DNA from: a virus
Reading direction: 5' to 3' (one strand)
Length of the DNA: 64,000 bases
IMG/VR virus record: IMGVR_UViG_3300042923_000253
Location: 5,455-69,454 of that record
Positions 9,986-19,231 of this stretch are shown here, piece after piece (within the stretch, counting starts at the first letter, position 1; each line of letters begins with the position of its first letter). The position numbers and the translations under genes are program-made. The notes beneath the pieces were generated by a model, which did not search any database, was not told the DNA's origin, and saw nothing but the letters and a program-made list of their open reading frames with translations.

Positions 9986-11097
9986 CATATTAAATTCTCC
10001 TTGACTCTGATATTGATTGGTTTACACTCTGTCCAATCCTTATCATCACGCAATCTCAAAAATACCGCATTTCTAAATGACTTAACAGATTCTTGGATAG
10101 CTTCGATCTCAATTACTTGGTGATTTGCAATGAGTGTATCTGCATTGCGATAGATGTAATTTCTGGTTTCATCATTAAGTCCACTCGAACTATCGCCACA
10201 TTTGACCAACTTACCATTTATGATATGACCAAAATTGAAAGATCCGAATAAATTAGCATTCTTGCCAGTACCATTGTTATTTATTCCCATAAGTACGACA
10301 TCATGTGTTATCTTCTTCTTACCTTTAATCCAGTTGTTTGCTGGCTTCTTATCTGGGATATATAATGCGGTCTCCCTTTTGATAATTATACCCTCACCAC
10401 CAGCCTTGACTATTCTGGTAAAATGCTCACAAGGATCACCATTTAAATCCTCTGTAAGGTTGATATACTCGGAGCCATGACATCTCATATGATTTATATA
10501 CTTATGATACACATATGATAGTAATGCACGTCTTACACGGTGTGGCTCATTAATTAATGATTTACCATATATTGCACGTATATCTATCAACATGTAACAT
10601 GGTCTATCACTCCAATTCATTTTGCTAATTCTATATATAGCCTTGTCCTCTGTACAGCCAAGTATCTTGGATACATCATCTGATATACCACCTGGTATGT
10701 AAATTTCTCCATGAAGATCTGCACCACATTGCTCATATACATATCTCAGTAAATCTTTGATATGAGGCATATGACCAGTTTTCTCGACTGGATTGCCCTC
10801 ACTACCTTTGGCTGTCGATAAACGTTTACTAAAGAATTTGCCCTCGGTATTAAGATAACTGAAACCATCATATTTTGTCTCAACTGAATAGTCTGCACAA
10901 TTAATCGGAAACAGATCATCATCTCCGCCAAATACATTTACGAAATCTGGTGCATATAACAAACATCTCTCTAATGTATCACTAAATATTGTGCCATAGT
11001 TCATTATGTGTACATTCTGCTCATTGATCCTTGCTATAATCTTCTTAAGATTTGCTGGGTCGGTGTGTTCCGCACCCTGTGCTAATATTAGATTCAT
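9985..11097 (-). CDS. ATP-dependent DNA ligase
   Basis: Motif I ETKYDG, III LHGE, IV EGIIIK, V WIKGK, and an OB domain ending F.RLRDDK. Confidence 0.9.
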   Translation of the reverse strand: MNLILAQGAEHTDPANLKKIIARINEQNVHIMNYGTIFSDTLERCLLYAPDFVNVFGGDDDLFPINCADYSVETKYDGFSYLNTEGKFFSKRLSTAKGSEGNPVEKTGHMPHIKDLLRYVYEQCGADLHGEIYIPGGISDDVSKILGCTEDKAIYRISKMNWSDRPCYMLIDIRAIYGKSLINEPHRVRRALLSYVYHKYINHMRCHGSEYINLTEDLNGDPCEHFTRIVKAGGEGIIIKRETALYIPDKKPANNWIKGKKKITHDVVLMGINNNGTGKNANLFGSFNFGHIINGKLVKCGDSSSGLNDETRNYIYRNADTLIANHQVIEIEAIQESVKSFRNAVFLRLRDDKDWTECKPINIRVKENLI

Positions 11098-11115
11098 TGC
11101 AATTCCTCCTTATTT

Positions 11116-11424
11116 TTATCTCGAAAATCCTCCACAATTGCCTAATGGCTTCATATCCCTATCACTACATGTCGGAGTAATACATATCTTGCATATATCC
11201 TCACGAACGACTATCTCTGGTAGTTCTACCTCTATACGGTGACGGTGTGGGTCATTCTTCGTCTTGTTCCATTGTGACTCTGTATACTGGAATGCCCATT
11301 TGGCACCATACATACTAATCATCTTGGCTCTAGCAGTATCATAGTCCTTTGCAACTATTGGTTGACAATAACCTTCATATTGCTGATCCCTACCAAATGT
11401 GAAATAGAATTTCTGTCCATCCAT
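11116..11424 (-). CDS. Hypothetical phage protein
   Basis: FYFTFG......AR..M...YG.KWAFQY pattern; RBS. Confidence 0.6.
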   Translation of the reverse strand: MDGQKFYFTFGRDQQYEGYCQPIVAKDYDTARAKMISMYGAKWAFQYTESQWNKTKNDPHRHRIEVELPEIVVREDICKICITPTCSDRDMKPLGNCGGFSR

Positions 11425-12068
11425 TATTTTACCTCCATAACGATATGTACTGTCTCTAGTGGTTGTTCTGGATATACGGACACATCTAGGTCTACACTAG
11501 TGAATTTCTTAGAATTTAGATCATATCGTAGCTTTATAGTAGCTTCTGTATATTTCAAATTACTCATTATATATGTACAGGCTTTGTCACAGATATCATT
11601 CCAGAATGCATGTATTGGGTTCTTGTCCTTATTGTGACCCTTTATCAATGTGAAATTCAATGCTGTATGATACGACAACGCCAGTAATTCCTCCCACAAT
11701 CCACGGTTCAATACTGGCTTATTGGCAGAAGTTTTCCATCCATTGGTTAGCCATCTGTCCAGATAAGCTGGGTTCGTGTATCCTGTCACTATGTATCCGC
11801 TGTCACTCAATATCCAGCAATTCGGATATGTCTCCAATTCCCTCAAATACTTGATACCATTTAATACTGCCAGCATCTCCGTTATATTATTGGTTGAACC
11901 CTCCACATAACCACCATAGATATCAACATATCCTTGTGAGAGATCGGCTGGTTCCAAGAATGCCCAAGATCCTACACCATGGAGTGGGCCATCTGGACCA
12001 TTATGACATCCACCATCGGTGTAGATCTGTCTAATCTTTCCAGTGTTCGACTGCATATTTGAGTTCAT
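11424..12068 (-). CDS. rnhA: Ribonuclease HI
   Basis: IYTDG, TNN..E, SDS.Y, W..NGWKTS..KPV.N..LW, KGH, N..CD. Confidence 0.93.
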   Translation of the reverse strand: MNSNMQSNTGKIRQIYTDGGCHNGPDGPLHGVGSWAFLEPADLSQGYVDIYGGYVEGSTNNITEMLAVLNGIKYLRELETYPNCWILSDSGYIVTGYTNPAYLDRWLTNGWKTSANKPVLNRGLWEELLALSYHTALNFTLIKGHNKDKNPIHAFWNDICDKACTYIMSNLKYTEATIKLRYDLNSKKFTSVDLDVSVYPEQPLETVHIVMEVK

Positions 12069-12567
12069 CTAATATTCTCCTTTCCACATTATATCCATCA
12101 CGTAGTTGATCAACACTTGTATCTACTATAATTGCATCTGCTCCAACTATATCTATGAGGAATTTAGCCATTACCTCCAACATTATGTCGTCACATTCTT
12201 CCCATCCAAATGCCCTATCATCTACGTACATGTGGGCATATACCTTACGACTATTAACATGCCATGGTGAGAATTGTATCGATTTATTTATCGCATCATA
12301 GTGGATGTCATTACCATCAAGGAACTCTATTGCTGGTGTAAGATCGTCGTATATCCTACACTCTTCCTGTACGTATGCCACATCACGTGATGTCCATATT
12401 ACAACCTTTACACCTATCTCATGTAATAAGTTGATTACTTCCTTTGCATACTTTCTGACAGTACCACATACAGGATATATATCTTCGCCATCTACATTAA
12501 TTGTGCCATCCAAATCCCACGCTATTATAGGCACCATTGCACTATCTCGGAATTTCCGCTTCATCAA
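12031..12567 (-). CDS. HAD-superfamily phosphatase
   Basis: DLDGT motif I, WTSR motif II, K...YVDDR motifs III/IV. Confidence 0.85.
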   Translation of the reverse strand: MMKRKFRDSAMVPIIAWDLDGTINVDGEDIYPVCGTVRKYAKEVINLLHEIGVKVVIWTSRDVAYVQEECRIYDDLTPAIEFLDGNDIHYDAINKSIQFSPWHVNSRKVYAHMYVDDRAFGWEECDDIMLEVMAKFLIDIVGADAIIVDTSVDQLRDGYNVERRILDELKYAVEHWKD

Positions 12568-12679
12568 TCTTAGCCTCCTTTTGTGTGTTACTACTGGTTT
12601 GTATCTTCGTTACACGTCCTCCGAATAATTCCAGTATTCTCTTTACTCTTGGCTGTTCCCATGGTTTATTTGCTTCCAT
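12542..12679 (-). CDS. 45-aa protein resembling the DnaX (tau) C-terminal peptide (not in ORF track)
   Basis: AAGGAGG RBS; MEANKPWEQPRVKRILELFGGRVTKIQ... Confidence 0.55.
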   Translation of the reverse strand: MEANKPWEQPRVKRILELFGGRVTKIQTSSNTQKEAKIDEAEIPR

Positions 12680-12703
12680 ATGTTTACCTCCTTATATGAA
12701 TTA

Positions 12704-12727
12704 AGGCTGGGTTATAATGCCCAGCCT
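12704..12727 (-). terminator. Hairpin terminator-like element
   Basis: AGGCTGGG-N8-CCCAGCCT with a weak U tail. Confidence 0.6.
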
Positions 12728-12732
12728 ATTGT

Positions 12733-12882
12733 AATCAGTGGTAAGCTAGGAATGTCACTCAACACAACTATCTTCGCTAAATCAGACATCATCTGACATT
12801 ATAGCTACTTAGTTATTGTGTACAACACACTTACGCATCCATAGCAAGGCGGTTCTTAATCCATAGTAAACCTACACTGATT
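12733..12882 (-). ncRNA. Candidate ~150-nt rod-shaped structured RNA
   Basis: Nested pairings AATCAGTG/CACTGATT, GCTATGGATG/CATTCCTAGC, ACACAAT/GTTGTGT, GCTA/TAGC, TCAGAT/GTCTGA in an ORF-free gap followed by a terminator. Confidence 0.5.
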
Positions 12883-12887
12883 GTTAC

Positions 12888-13547
12888 CTATAATTGGTTA
12901 ATTCTGATTTCGCAATAGGGTTTACTCTTGAATTCTCCATAATCCCTAACTACTGCTGTGAACTGTGTACCAGCATCCATTAATGGAGCCATAATTGATG
13001 CGTACTCCTTGCCGATATAACCGATCTGCTTGTCACCAGTAATAACCTTAATTGCATTGATATCATACTTGTTACTCGGTTCACGGACCAATTCAACTGT
13101 TGATTCGTCGGTCATTTCCATGATTGCCTCACGTCTGCTGGAACCATCTTCATTTGTAAATGTAACACCAACCACCTTAAGATCGACATTACTGATCTTT
13201 GCAACCTCCTGTGGTACTGGTTCTGATGATGTTGCGTAATTCGGATCTGCAACATATCCTGGGATATTATACTGTCCTACGTTCATTTTATTTCTCCTCT
13301 CTAGTTCTTTCTTCATAGATTTTATGTAACCATCTTTTAATGGTGAGTTACCTCTACTTAGCATCCTAATACAATTATTTAGGTGTAATTCTGTCATTTC
13401 TTTTACTTCGTGATTATTGCCATCAACATCAGTCCAAGTGTTAAATATTGGATTAGGATATATTGGAAATTTCTTACAATCTTCCTCGTATCTACGATCA
13501 TCCCAATATGCCATTCTATCCATTTCCATATCTGCGTAATCGCCCAT
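12888..13547 (-). CDS. HIRAN-domain protein (likely second in-frame start at 13286)
   Basis: VVGV.F, L.REP.N.YD.NAI.V, IGYI motifs; internal GAGAGGAG-N7-ATG. Confidence 0.85.
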   Translation of the reverse strand: MGDYADMEMDRMAYWDDRRYEEDCKKFPIYPNPIFNTWTDVDGNNHEVKEMTELHLNNCIRMLSRGNSPLKDGYIKSMKKELERRNKMNVGQYNIPGYVADPNYATSSEPVPQEVAKISNVDLKVVGVTFTNEDGSSRREAIMEMTDESTVELVREPSNKYDINAIKVITGDKQIGYIGKEYASIMAPLMDAGTQFTAVVRDYGEFKSKPYCEIRINQL

Positions 13548-13615
13548 TTTCGCCACCAACCTTTCTAATCTCTTCAGATCGAATATCGAGGTTGGTAGCG
13601 TTTCAATAAACTATA

Positions 13616-13990
13616 TTAATCTCTCATATCTCCGCTACTATTACCGAATATGAGTAGTCCACTATCATGTGGTACACTCATTAATGGTACTACAACCGAT
13701 GGCGGATCTATATAATCATCGCATGTGATCTCACCCAATTTGAATTGTTCGGTATTGTAGTCTGGACGTTTAAATGTGTTATAGTGCTTGCATAACCTCT
13801 GCATTTTTGGGTGACATGTGTAGCATGGTAATCTCTTTAGCCACTCATTATCCAGCCGTTCCTTGCGCTCTTCCTTAGATTCCTCTTTCTTCATATTATC
13901 TCCTCTCATTCTGGAATGCCTCTTACATCCATCTTCGTCAATACAGAAGAAACATTCACTATTATTATTGTATTTACCAAAACAATTCAT
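13616..13990 (-). CDS. Cys-rich hypothetical protein
   Basis: Coupled to the dnaE stop; internal RBS+ATG. Confidence 0.5.
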   Translation of the reverse strand: MNCFGKYNNNSECFFCIDEDGCKRHSRMRGDNMKKEESKEERKERLDNEWLKRLPCYTCHPKMQRLCKHYNTFKRPDYNTEQFKLGEITCDDYIDPPSVVVPLMSVPHDSGLLIFGNSSGDMRD

Positions 13991-16947
13991 TATATACCTA
14001 CCTCCTTATAAGCCAACGTACCTACCGATTCTACAAAATCGATAATGTAATCATTTAGTGCGATGGTCTGTGCACATTCGATTGTGATATCATTATACCC
14101 GTCACGAACGTGTATAAACACCTTTGTATTTCCATAATGTTGGTCGAATATCCCTTTCAATTGCATCAATGAGAATATGTCGTCTGGATTGCTCATTCTA
14201 ATGTGACATTCTGGACAATCTCTTATACCTTGATTAGCCATACTTCTGATATACTCACACTGGATAGTTACCTTACCTTTGTAGTTATCACGTTTGCCTT
14301 TCAGTACAACTGGGTTATCCTTGACAATGTATGGCAGACAAGACTCATATATACCAGGGAACATTGTAGCTTCATATGTTCTGTATGCTGTACCAACCAT
14401 GACAAATCCCATCTTCTTGCCTTTATTTCTACCCTCTTTCTTTATAACTGTCTCATGGCAACTCTCGATGAAACCAGCTATATAGAACTCATTTGGTAGT
14501 GCTTCATCGTCGATATTCTGTATCGCACTCCATCTACGGATTTCGTCGACATAGGCATCGATTGGATGAGCACTGATGTAATACTTGAGTATCTCTTTCT
14601 CCCAGATAGAATATTCTATTGGGTCTTCCTCTACTGTAGTTACTTTATATGTACCAGCACCAGCCTCCCACTTTGAGAGTGCTTCATCCACGGTAGGAGC
14701 CTCTGTAGTCTTATTTTTCTTACGTTTCAATTTACCGAGTGCCTCGCAAAGATCTGGCATTGTTGCAACTAATGATGCACGATTACCAAAATCAGTATCG
14801 CTTGCGTTATTTTGTAATAAACTATCGAATGCACCGCACTTCGCAAGGTTCTCCATTACTGTCTTATTTAGTAGGGTTGATGAGATTCTTAGCCTGAATT
14901 CCTCTACGCAACCATATACACCACGATCAGCCTTATCTTCCACTACAGCAATAAGTGCTTTATCACCAAACTGCTTGATTGCGGCTAATCCAAATCTGAC
15001 CACATTCTTATCAGCCATAATGAAATCCATATCTGACTCGTTTATGTCTGGTGGTATCAATTCGACTCCATGGTTCATCATATCACGAATTATAATTGTC
15101 TGTCGTTCTGGTTTATCAGTCAATGAATTAAGCATTTCAGCATAGAAACAATCTGGATAATGAGCCTTATAGTACGCATTATAGTAACATATGTGTCCAT
15201 ATTCTACTGTATGTGCTTTATTAAAACCGTATCTTGCAAACTTATCAATTTCGTCAGCCGCACGATCAATTATCCTCTTCTTATGATTTGGATCGTCAAA
15301 CATCTGGCTACTTGAGAAACTGTAATTCATTGCACTTTCGATAAACCAATTCATCTGTTCTTCCATTAGGACAGCATCTTTCTTACCCATAGCCTTGCGT
15401 AAGATATCGGCTCTACCGTAAGAACATCCAGTCATTTGTCGTACACGTGCCATAACCTGTTCTTGGTACACTAGTACACCGTATGTCTCTTCGAGGTAAC
15501 TTTTCTCCTCTGGAAATAAATAGACTATCGGTTCTTTGCCAAGTTTACGATCGATTAGATGCTGTACCATTGTCTTGCCCTCGATGATAGCATCTAGGGG
15601 TCCTGGTCTATATAATGCCAATCCAGCAGATATCCACATAAAGTCGTTGATCTCTAGTCCACGCATTCTCTCGATTGTGGTCAATATTTCTTCTTTACGC
15701 TCTTTGAACCTCTGTATCTCATATCCACCGATATCAAGGTCTTCCATCATCTGTGTAAATCCAGTAGATTCAATCTGGAAGATGCCAATAGTATCACCAT
15801 CATTTATCAGCTTAATCGCTTCTGGATCATTATATGGTATTTTCGAAATATCGTGGTCTGGATCATACCATTTACGTACTAGATTACCAGCATTATGGTT
15901 AACATCTACTGTACGCAGACCAAGTGCATCCATCTTTAGATATCCGATTGCCTCAAGTGATCTCATATCATACTGACATGCCAATACACCATCACCCTTT
16001 GCCCTCATTAGTGGCACATTTGATTCCAATTCCACTGGAGCAACTACTACACCAGCCGCATGTGTAGATTCATGCTTATTGAGACCCTCAAGTCTGAGCA
16101 TTATATCCAGTGCCCTCTGCCAAGTCCATGATGATTTAATCTCAATCTGTACTGATGGCACAGCACCCATATATACACTCATAAGCTGTTGGTGGATGAT
16201 CATATCATTGTCTGTCTGACGTTTGTATGATCCATTCTCCAGTATCCTCTGCACATTAGTCCTATCTACTGTTACAGTCGCATCTGGGAACGGTATATTC
16301 TTTAATGCTATCAAGAACTTGTCGCTATCCTTAACATCTTGTAATGTGATTGCTGGATCGTCTGGTATCGTTGCTTTAACTTCATTAATTATTGAATTCG
16401 GAACGTTCGCTGATGCGAGTACGTCATGCACTACTGTTAATTTTGACAATGTTCCGTATGTGATAATCTGCGCCACATGTGCCTCACCATATGTATCAGC
16501 TATGTATGCCAAGCCTATATGGCGATATTTCTGGCTGATATCAAAGTCGATATCTGGGAATGCGATACGCTCTGGATTAAGGAAACGCTCGAAGAATAGA
16601 CCGAACAATAATGGATCGCATTGGGTGATGCCGATACAGTAACATACCATTGACCCTCCAGCACTACCCCTACCTGGTCCCATAGGAATTATGCCATCTG
16701 GTGGCGGTGTGATCCCTTTCATCTTGCAGAATGGTATAACTCGTTCTGGCTTGCGACAGAAATCATGTATATCCCAGATCATCAGAATATAGTCAACGAA
16801 GTGATTTGGTACTATCACATCATATTCGATATCAAGCCTATCATATACATCCTGTGGTATTTTATCACCGTATCTGTCATGTGCACCATCTATTACAAGG
16901 TGCTTTAGATATTTTTCGGCAAGTTCGTCGTGTCCCATGTTTTGCAT
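13990..16947 (-). CDS. dnaE: DNA polymerase III alpha (family C), polymerase part lacking the PHP domain
   Basis: GPGRGSAGGS, FERFLNPER..PDIDFD, HAAGVV, K.D.LGL, YQEQ.M, YGFNK.H, HhH, OB fold and CTD; own RBS AAGGAG. Confidence 0.95.
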   Translation of the reverse strand: MQNMGHDELAEKYLKHLVIDGAHDRYGDKIPQDVYDRLDIEYDVIVPNHFVDYILMIWDIHDFCRKPERVIPFCKMKGITPPPDGIIPMGPGRGSAGGSMVCYCIGITQCDPLLFGLFFERFLNPERIAFPDIDFDISQKYRHIGLAYIADTYGEAHVAQIITYGTLSKLTVVHDVLASANVPNSIINEVKATIPDDPAITLQDVKDSDKFLIALKNIPFPDATVTVDRTNVQRILENGSYKRQTDNDMIIHQQLMSVYMGAVPSVQIEIKSSWTWQRALDIMLRLEGLNKHESTHAAGVVVAPVELESNVPLMRAKGDGVLACQYDMRSLEAIGYLKMDALGLRTVDVNHNAGNLVRKWYDPDHDISKIPYNDPEAIKLINDGDTIGIFQIESTGFTQMMEDLDIGGYEIQRFKERKEEILTTIERMRGLEINDFMWISAGLALYRPGPLDAIIEGKTMVQHLIDRKLGKEPIVYLFPEEKSYLEETYGVLVYQEQVMARVRQMTGCSYGRADILRKAMGKKDAVLMEEQMNWFIESAMNYSFSSSQMFDDPNHKKRIIDRAADEIDKFARYGFNKAHTVEYGHICYYNAYYKAHYPDCFYAEMLNSLTDKPERQTIIIRDMMNHGVELIPPDINESDMDFIMADKNVVRFGLAAIKQFGDKALIAVVEDKADRGVYGCVEEFRLRISSTLLNKTVMENLAKCGAFDSLLQNNASDTDFGNRASLVATMPDLCEALGKLKRKKNKTTEAPTVDEALSKWEAGAGTYKVTTVEEDPIEYSIWEKEILKYYISAHPIDAYVDEIRRWSAIQNIDDEALPNEFYIAGFIESCHETVIKKEGRNKGKKMGFVMVGTAYRTYEATMFPGIYESCLPYIVKDNPVVLKGKRDNYKGKVTIQCEYIRSMANQGIRDCPECHIRMSNPDDIFSLMQLKGIFDQHYGNTKVFIHVRDGYNDITIECAQTIALNDYIIDFVESVGTLAYKEVGI

Positions 16948-17297
16948 ATAATTGATAACTCCTTTCTCATTTGTTCAATATCTACATGAAGAATATAACA
17001 GTCTGGAAAGCGGTCATTAAGTGGACTTGGTGTTGGATTGCCCTCAAGACATTCATATATAATCCTTACACACCTATTCGTTGGATTGTTATTATGTGTC
17101 CAATCAAGATTTACAAACCAATCGATATCCACCCAGTCATTTATTCTGATGTTTGATTGATTTCTGCGTTGTGACCTAATATAGTTCTTTAATAAAGATA
17201 AGTCACTAGCCTTATCATACTGTAGGACTAGTGACTGTCTATCGATATTAGGTCTATCAACTGAAACTACCGTTGAAAACTTCACAATATCGTTCAT
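16905..17297 (-). CDS. Hypothetical protein between the dnaE halves
   Basis: AAGGAG RBS; coupled ORF. Confidence 0.55.
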   Translation of the reverse strand: MNDIVKFSTVVSVDRPNIDRQSLVLQYDKASDLSLLKNYIRSQRRNQSNIRINDWVDIDWFVNLDWTHNNNPTNRCVRIIYECLEGNPTPSPLNDRFPDCYILHVDIEQMRKELSIICKTWDTTNLPKNI

Positions 17298-17497
17298 TAT
17301 TTACTCTCCTTATAATTACTGTGGTTGTCGGTTATACACTCATCACATGGGTAAATCATTGTATGTGATACTCCGAGAGTGGTACTACGATGGAATAATC
17401 TCTTCTGATATAATGAGCATCTATGATTTATGTCTGGGTGACGTCGCTGTATTTCTTCTGTTATATTGATATGACCACACTTATTACAATTTATCAT
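17297..17497 (-). CDS. Small Cys/His-rich hypothetical protein
   Basis: CxxC...HxC...CxxC. Confidence 0.55.
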   Translation of the reverse strand: MINCNKCGHINITEEIQRRHPDINHRCSLYQKRLFHRSTTLGVSHTMIYPCDECITDNHSNYKESK

Positions 17498-17834
17498 CTC
17501 TTATCACCCTCGCTGATGAAGCACCACGTGGTGTTAATGGTACTATATTGTGAAATAATCCACATTTGCATAAACCTTTATCCCTCATTATGACACACGG
17601 GCAGAGGAACTGATCTCCATTGCCACCACATGGACAATGACCATCTTTGCGGTTGAGGGCACTGAGTATACCATCAACCTTTCCACCGTCCTCATTAATA
17701 ATAAATCCAGTGGAGTTTGATATCCTATTCAACCAGAAGCGATTATATGTTGTAACTTGACTGATATTGGCATCAACATCTGGTGTAGTAACTGCTGGAT
17801 TCTTACCTCTAAGTGCATCCATTAATTTTCCCAT
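17484..17834 (-). CDS. Ferredoxin:thioredoxin reductase catalytic-subunit-like protein
   Basis: CPC...CPC...CKCGLF triad matches the FTR CPC/CPC/CHC pattern. Confidence 0.8.
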   Translation of the reverse strand: MGKLMDALRGKNPAVTTPDVDANISQVTTYNRFWLNRISNSTGFIINEDGGKVDGILSALNRKDGHCPCGGNGDQFLCPCVIMRDKGLCKCGLFHNIVPLTPRGASSARVIRDDKL

Positions 17835-18238
17835 TAGAACATCATCCTCCCTAAATTCTGGTGACCCATCCTTGCAAATTCCTCGAATCCTTTTGCCTCT
17901 GGTGGTAAGAATGTAATCTTATCTGGTGCGTGTGTTACTACAGTACCATCATCTAATTCTACTATAGCCACTGTGTAATTACCAGCACCGCTCTCAAACT
18001 CCTCGAAATCATTACCCCATTGGTGGAATAAACCTAATGTCTCTTTATTCTCCCAATATGACTTATTACTGGACATAAAACTTCTCTTCTGTAAACTATC
18101 TATCGTTGGGTCAATCCTTAGACCGATACCTCCTGGTATACCATTATTATACTTCTCAAGTTCATCTTTCCATAGTTCTTGTAATTGTGCATCGGTTCTT
18201 TCTGTTTTGATATTGGTTGTTATTAAGCATTTGCGCAT
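17834..18238 (-). CDS. Hypothetical phage protein
   Basis: GLFHQWG..FEEFE.G.GNYTVAIVE..DG motif; GAGG RBS before the ATG at 18238. Confidence 0.65.
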   Translation of the reverse strand: MRKCLITTNIKTERTDAQLQELWKDELEKYNNGIPGGIGLRIDPTIDSLQKRSFMSSNKSYWENKETLGLFHQWGNDFEEFESGAGNYTVAIVELDDGTVVTHAPDKITFLPPEAKGFEEFARMGHQNLGRMMF

Positions 18239-19176
18239 TTGTTTACCTCTCTTTCTATAAACCATTTAGGAATATTAAAGCTAGGTGGTTTTGTCTCACC
18301 GAACTCAATTATCTTGTCATCAACCCTATCCACTATCAATTGTGTGTTATTGAGATACTCGATTGGATACCGCTCGATCAATTCCTCTTCTGACATCAGC
18401 CAGTAACCATCACCAGAGAAACCATTAAATACTGGATTATCATACCAATTGCCATACTGGATGCTTAGTAGTGTTTTGTGAGCATCACGGTCTTCTTTAT
18501 TGGTGAAATGGGCATCGGTACATGCGATGATCGGTACTCCATGTTTCTTTGCCCACTCCTCCTTGATTTTATTACATCTATCCTCGATCTCTATACCATG
18601 ATTATGATACTCGATGTAGAAATCGTCTTTCAGTAGGTTCAGATACCACATGAACTCATGATATGCTAGTTCGATATTGCCATCAACAATATGACTACAT
18701 ACTGTACCACCAACACAGGCATCTGACCACATTATATTGTGATGATATTGCTCCAACAGTTCCTTGTCAATTCGTGGCACATAATAGAAACCCTCCTCGA
18801 ATGACTTCTTCTGCATTATGCACATGTTCCTATATCCGTCCTTATTCTTTGCCCAAGAATTGATGTGCATATAAGCATCGCCACGCTTTGAGTATGACTT
18901 GTAATGTCTACTGTCCGTTGACATATACCATTCGCATGCTGGTATATACTTAAATCCGAATGTGTTGCACACCGATGCTATTACAGCCTGTCCATACATA
19001 TTGCCATGATCGGTTGCGGTAATTGCTCCAGTACCTCTGCGCTCTGCATTCAGAACTATCTCACCCTTAATGTGTTTCGGATCATCAGCATCCGCTATTC
19101 TTATCATACCATCTTGTAGGCTATATTCTGTGTGTAAGTGTAAGTCGGTGTATGTCAGCTTTCTATTAATATCCAT
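18223..19176 (-). CDS. dnaE: Stand-alone PHP domain of DNA polymerase III alpha (N-terminal half of split DnaE)
   Basis: HLHTEYS..DG, TDHGN, CE.Y, H, GY.N, PRID, AC..G, D.HF; all canonical metal ligands present. Confidence 0.93.
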   Translation of the reverse strand: MDINRKLTYTDLHLHTEYSLQDGMIRIADADDPKHIKGEIVLNAERRGTGAITATDHGNMYGQAVIASVCNTFGFKYIPACEWYMSTDSRHYKSYSKRGDAYMHINSWAKNKDGYRNMCIMQKKSFEEGFYYVPRIDKELLEQYHHNIMWSDACVGGTVCSHIVDGNIELAYHEFMWYLNLLKDDFYIEYHNHGIEIEDRCNKIKEEWAKKHGVPIIACTDAHFTNKEDRDAHKTLLSIQYGNWYDNPVFNGFSGDGYWLMSEEELIERYPIEYLNNTQLIVDRVDDKIIEFGETKPPSFNIPKWFIEREVNKCANA

Positions 19177-19231
19177 AACTTCACTCTCCTTTCACCGTTT
19201 GTATTGTGGTGACATCATACGTTAGTAATTA

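Noticed and set aside
16948-18222. Group I intron or split intein joining the dnaE halves
   Set aside because: No intein terminal residues and no homing endonuclease. The four intervening ORFs are translationally coupled and the downstream half has its own RBS.
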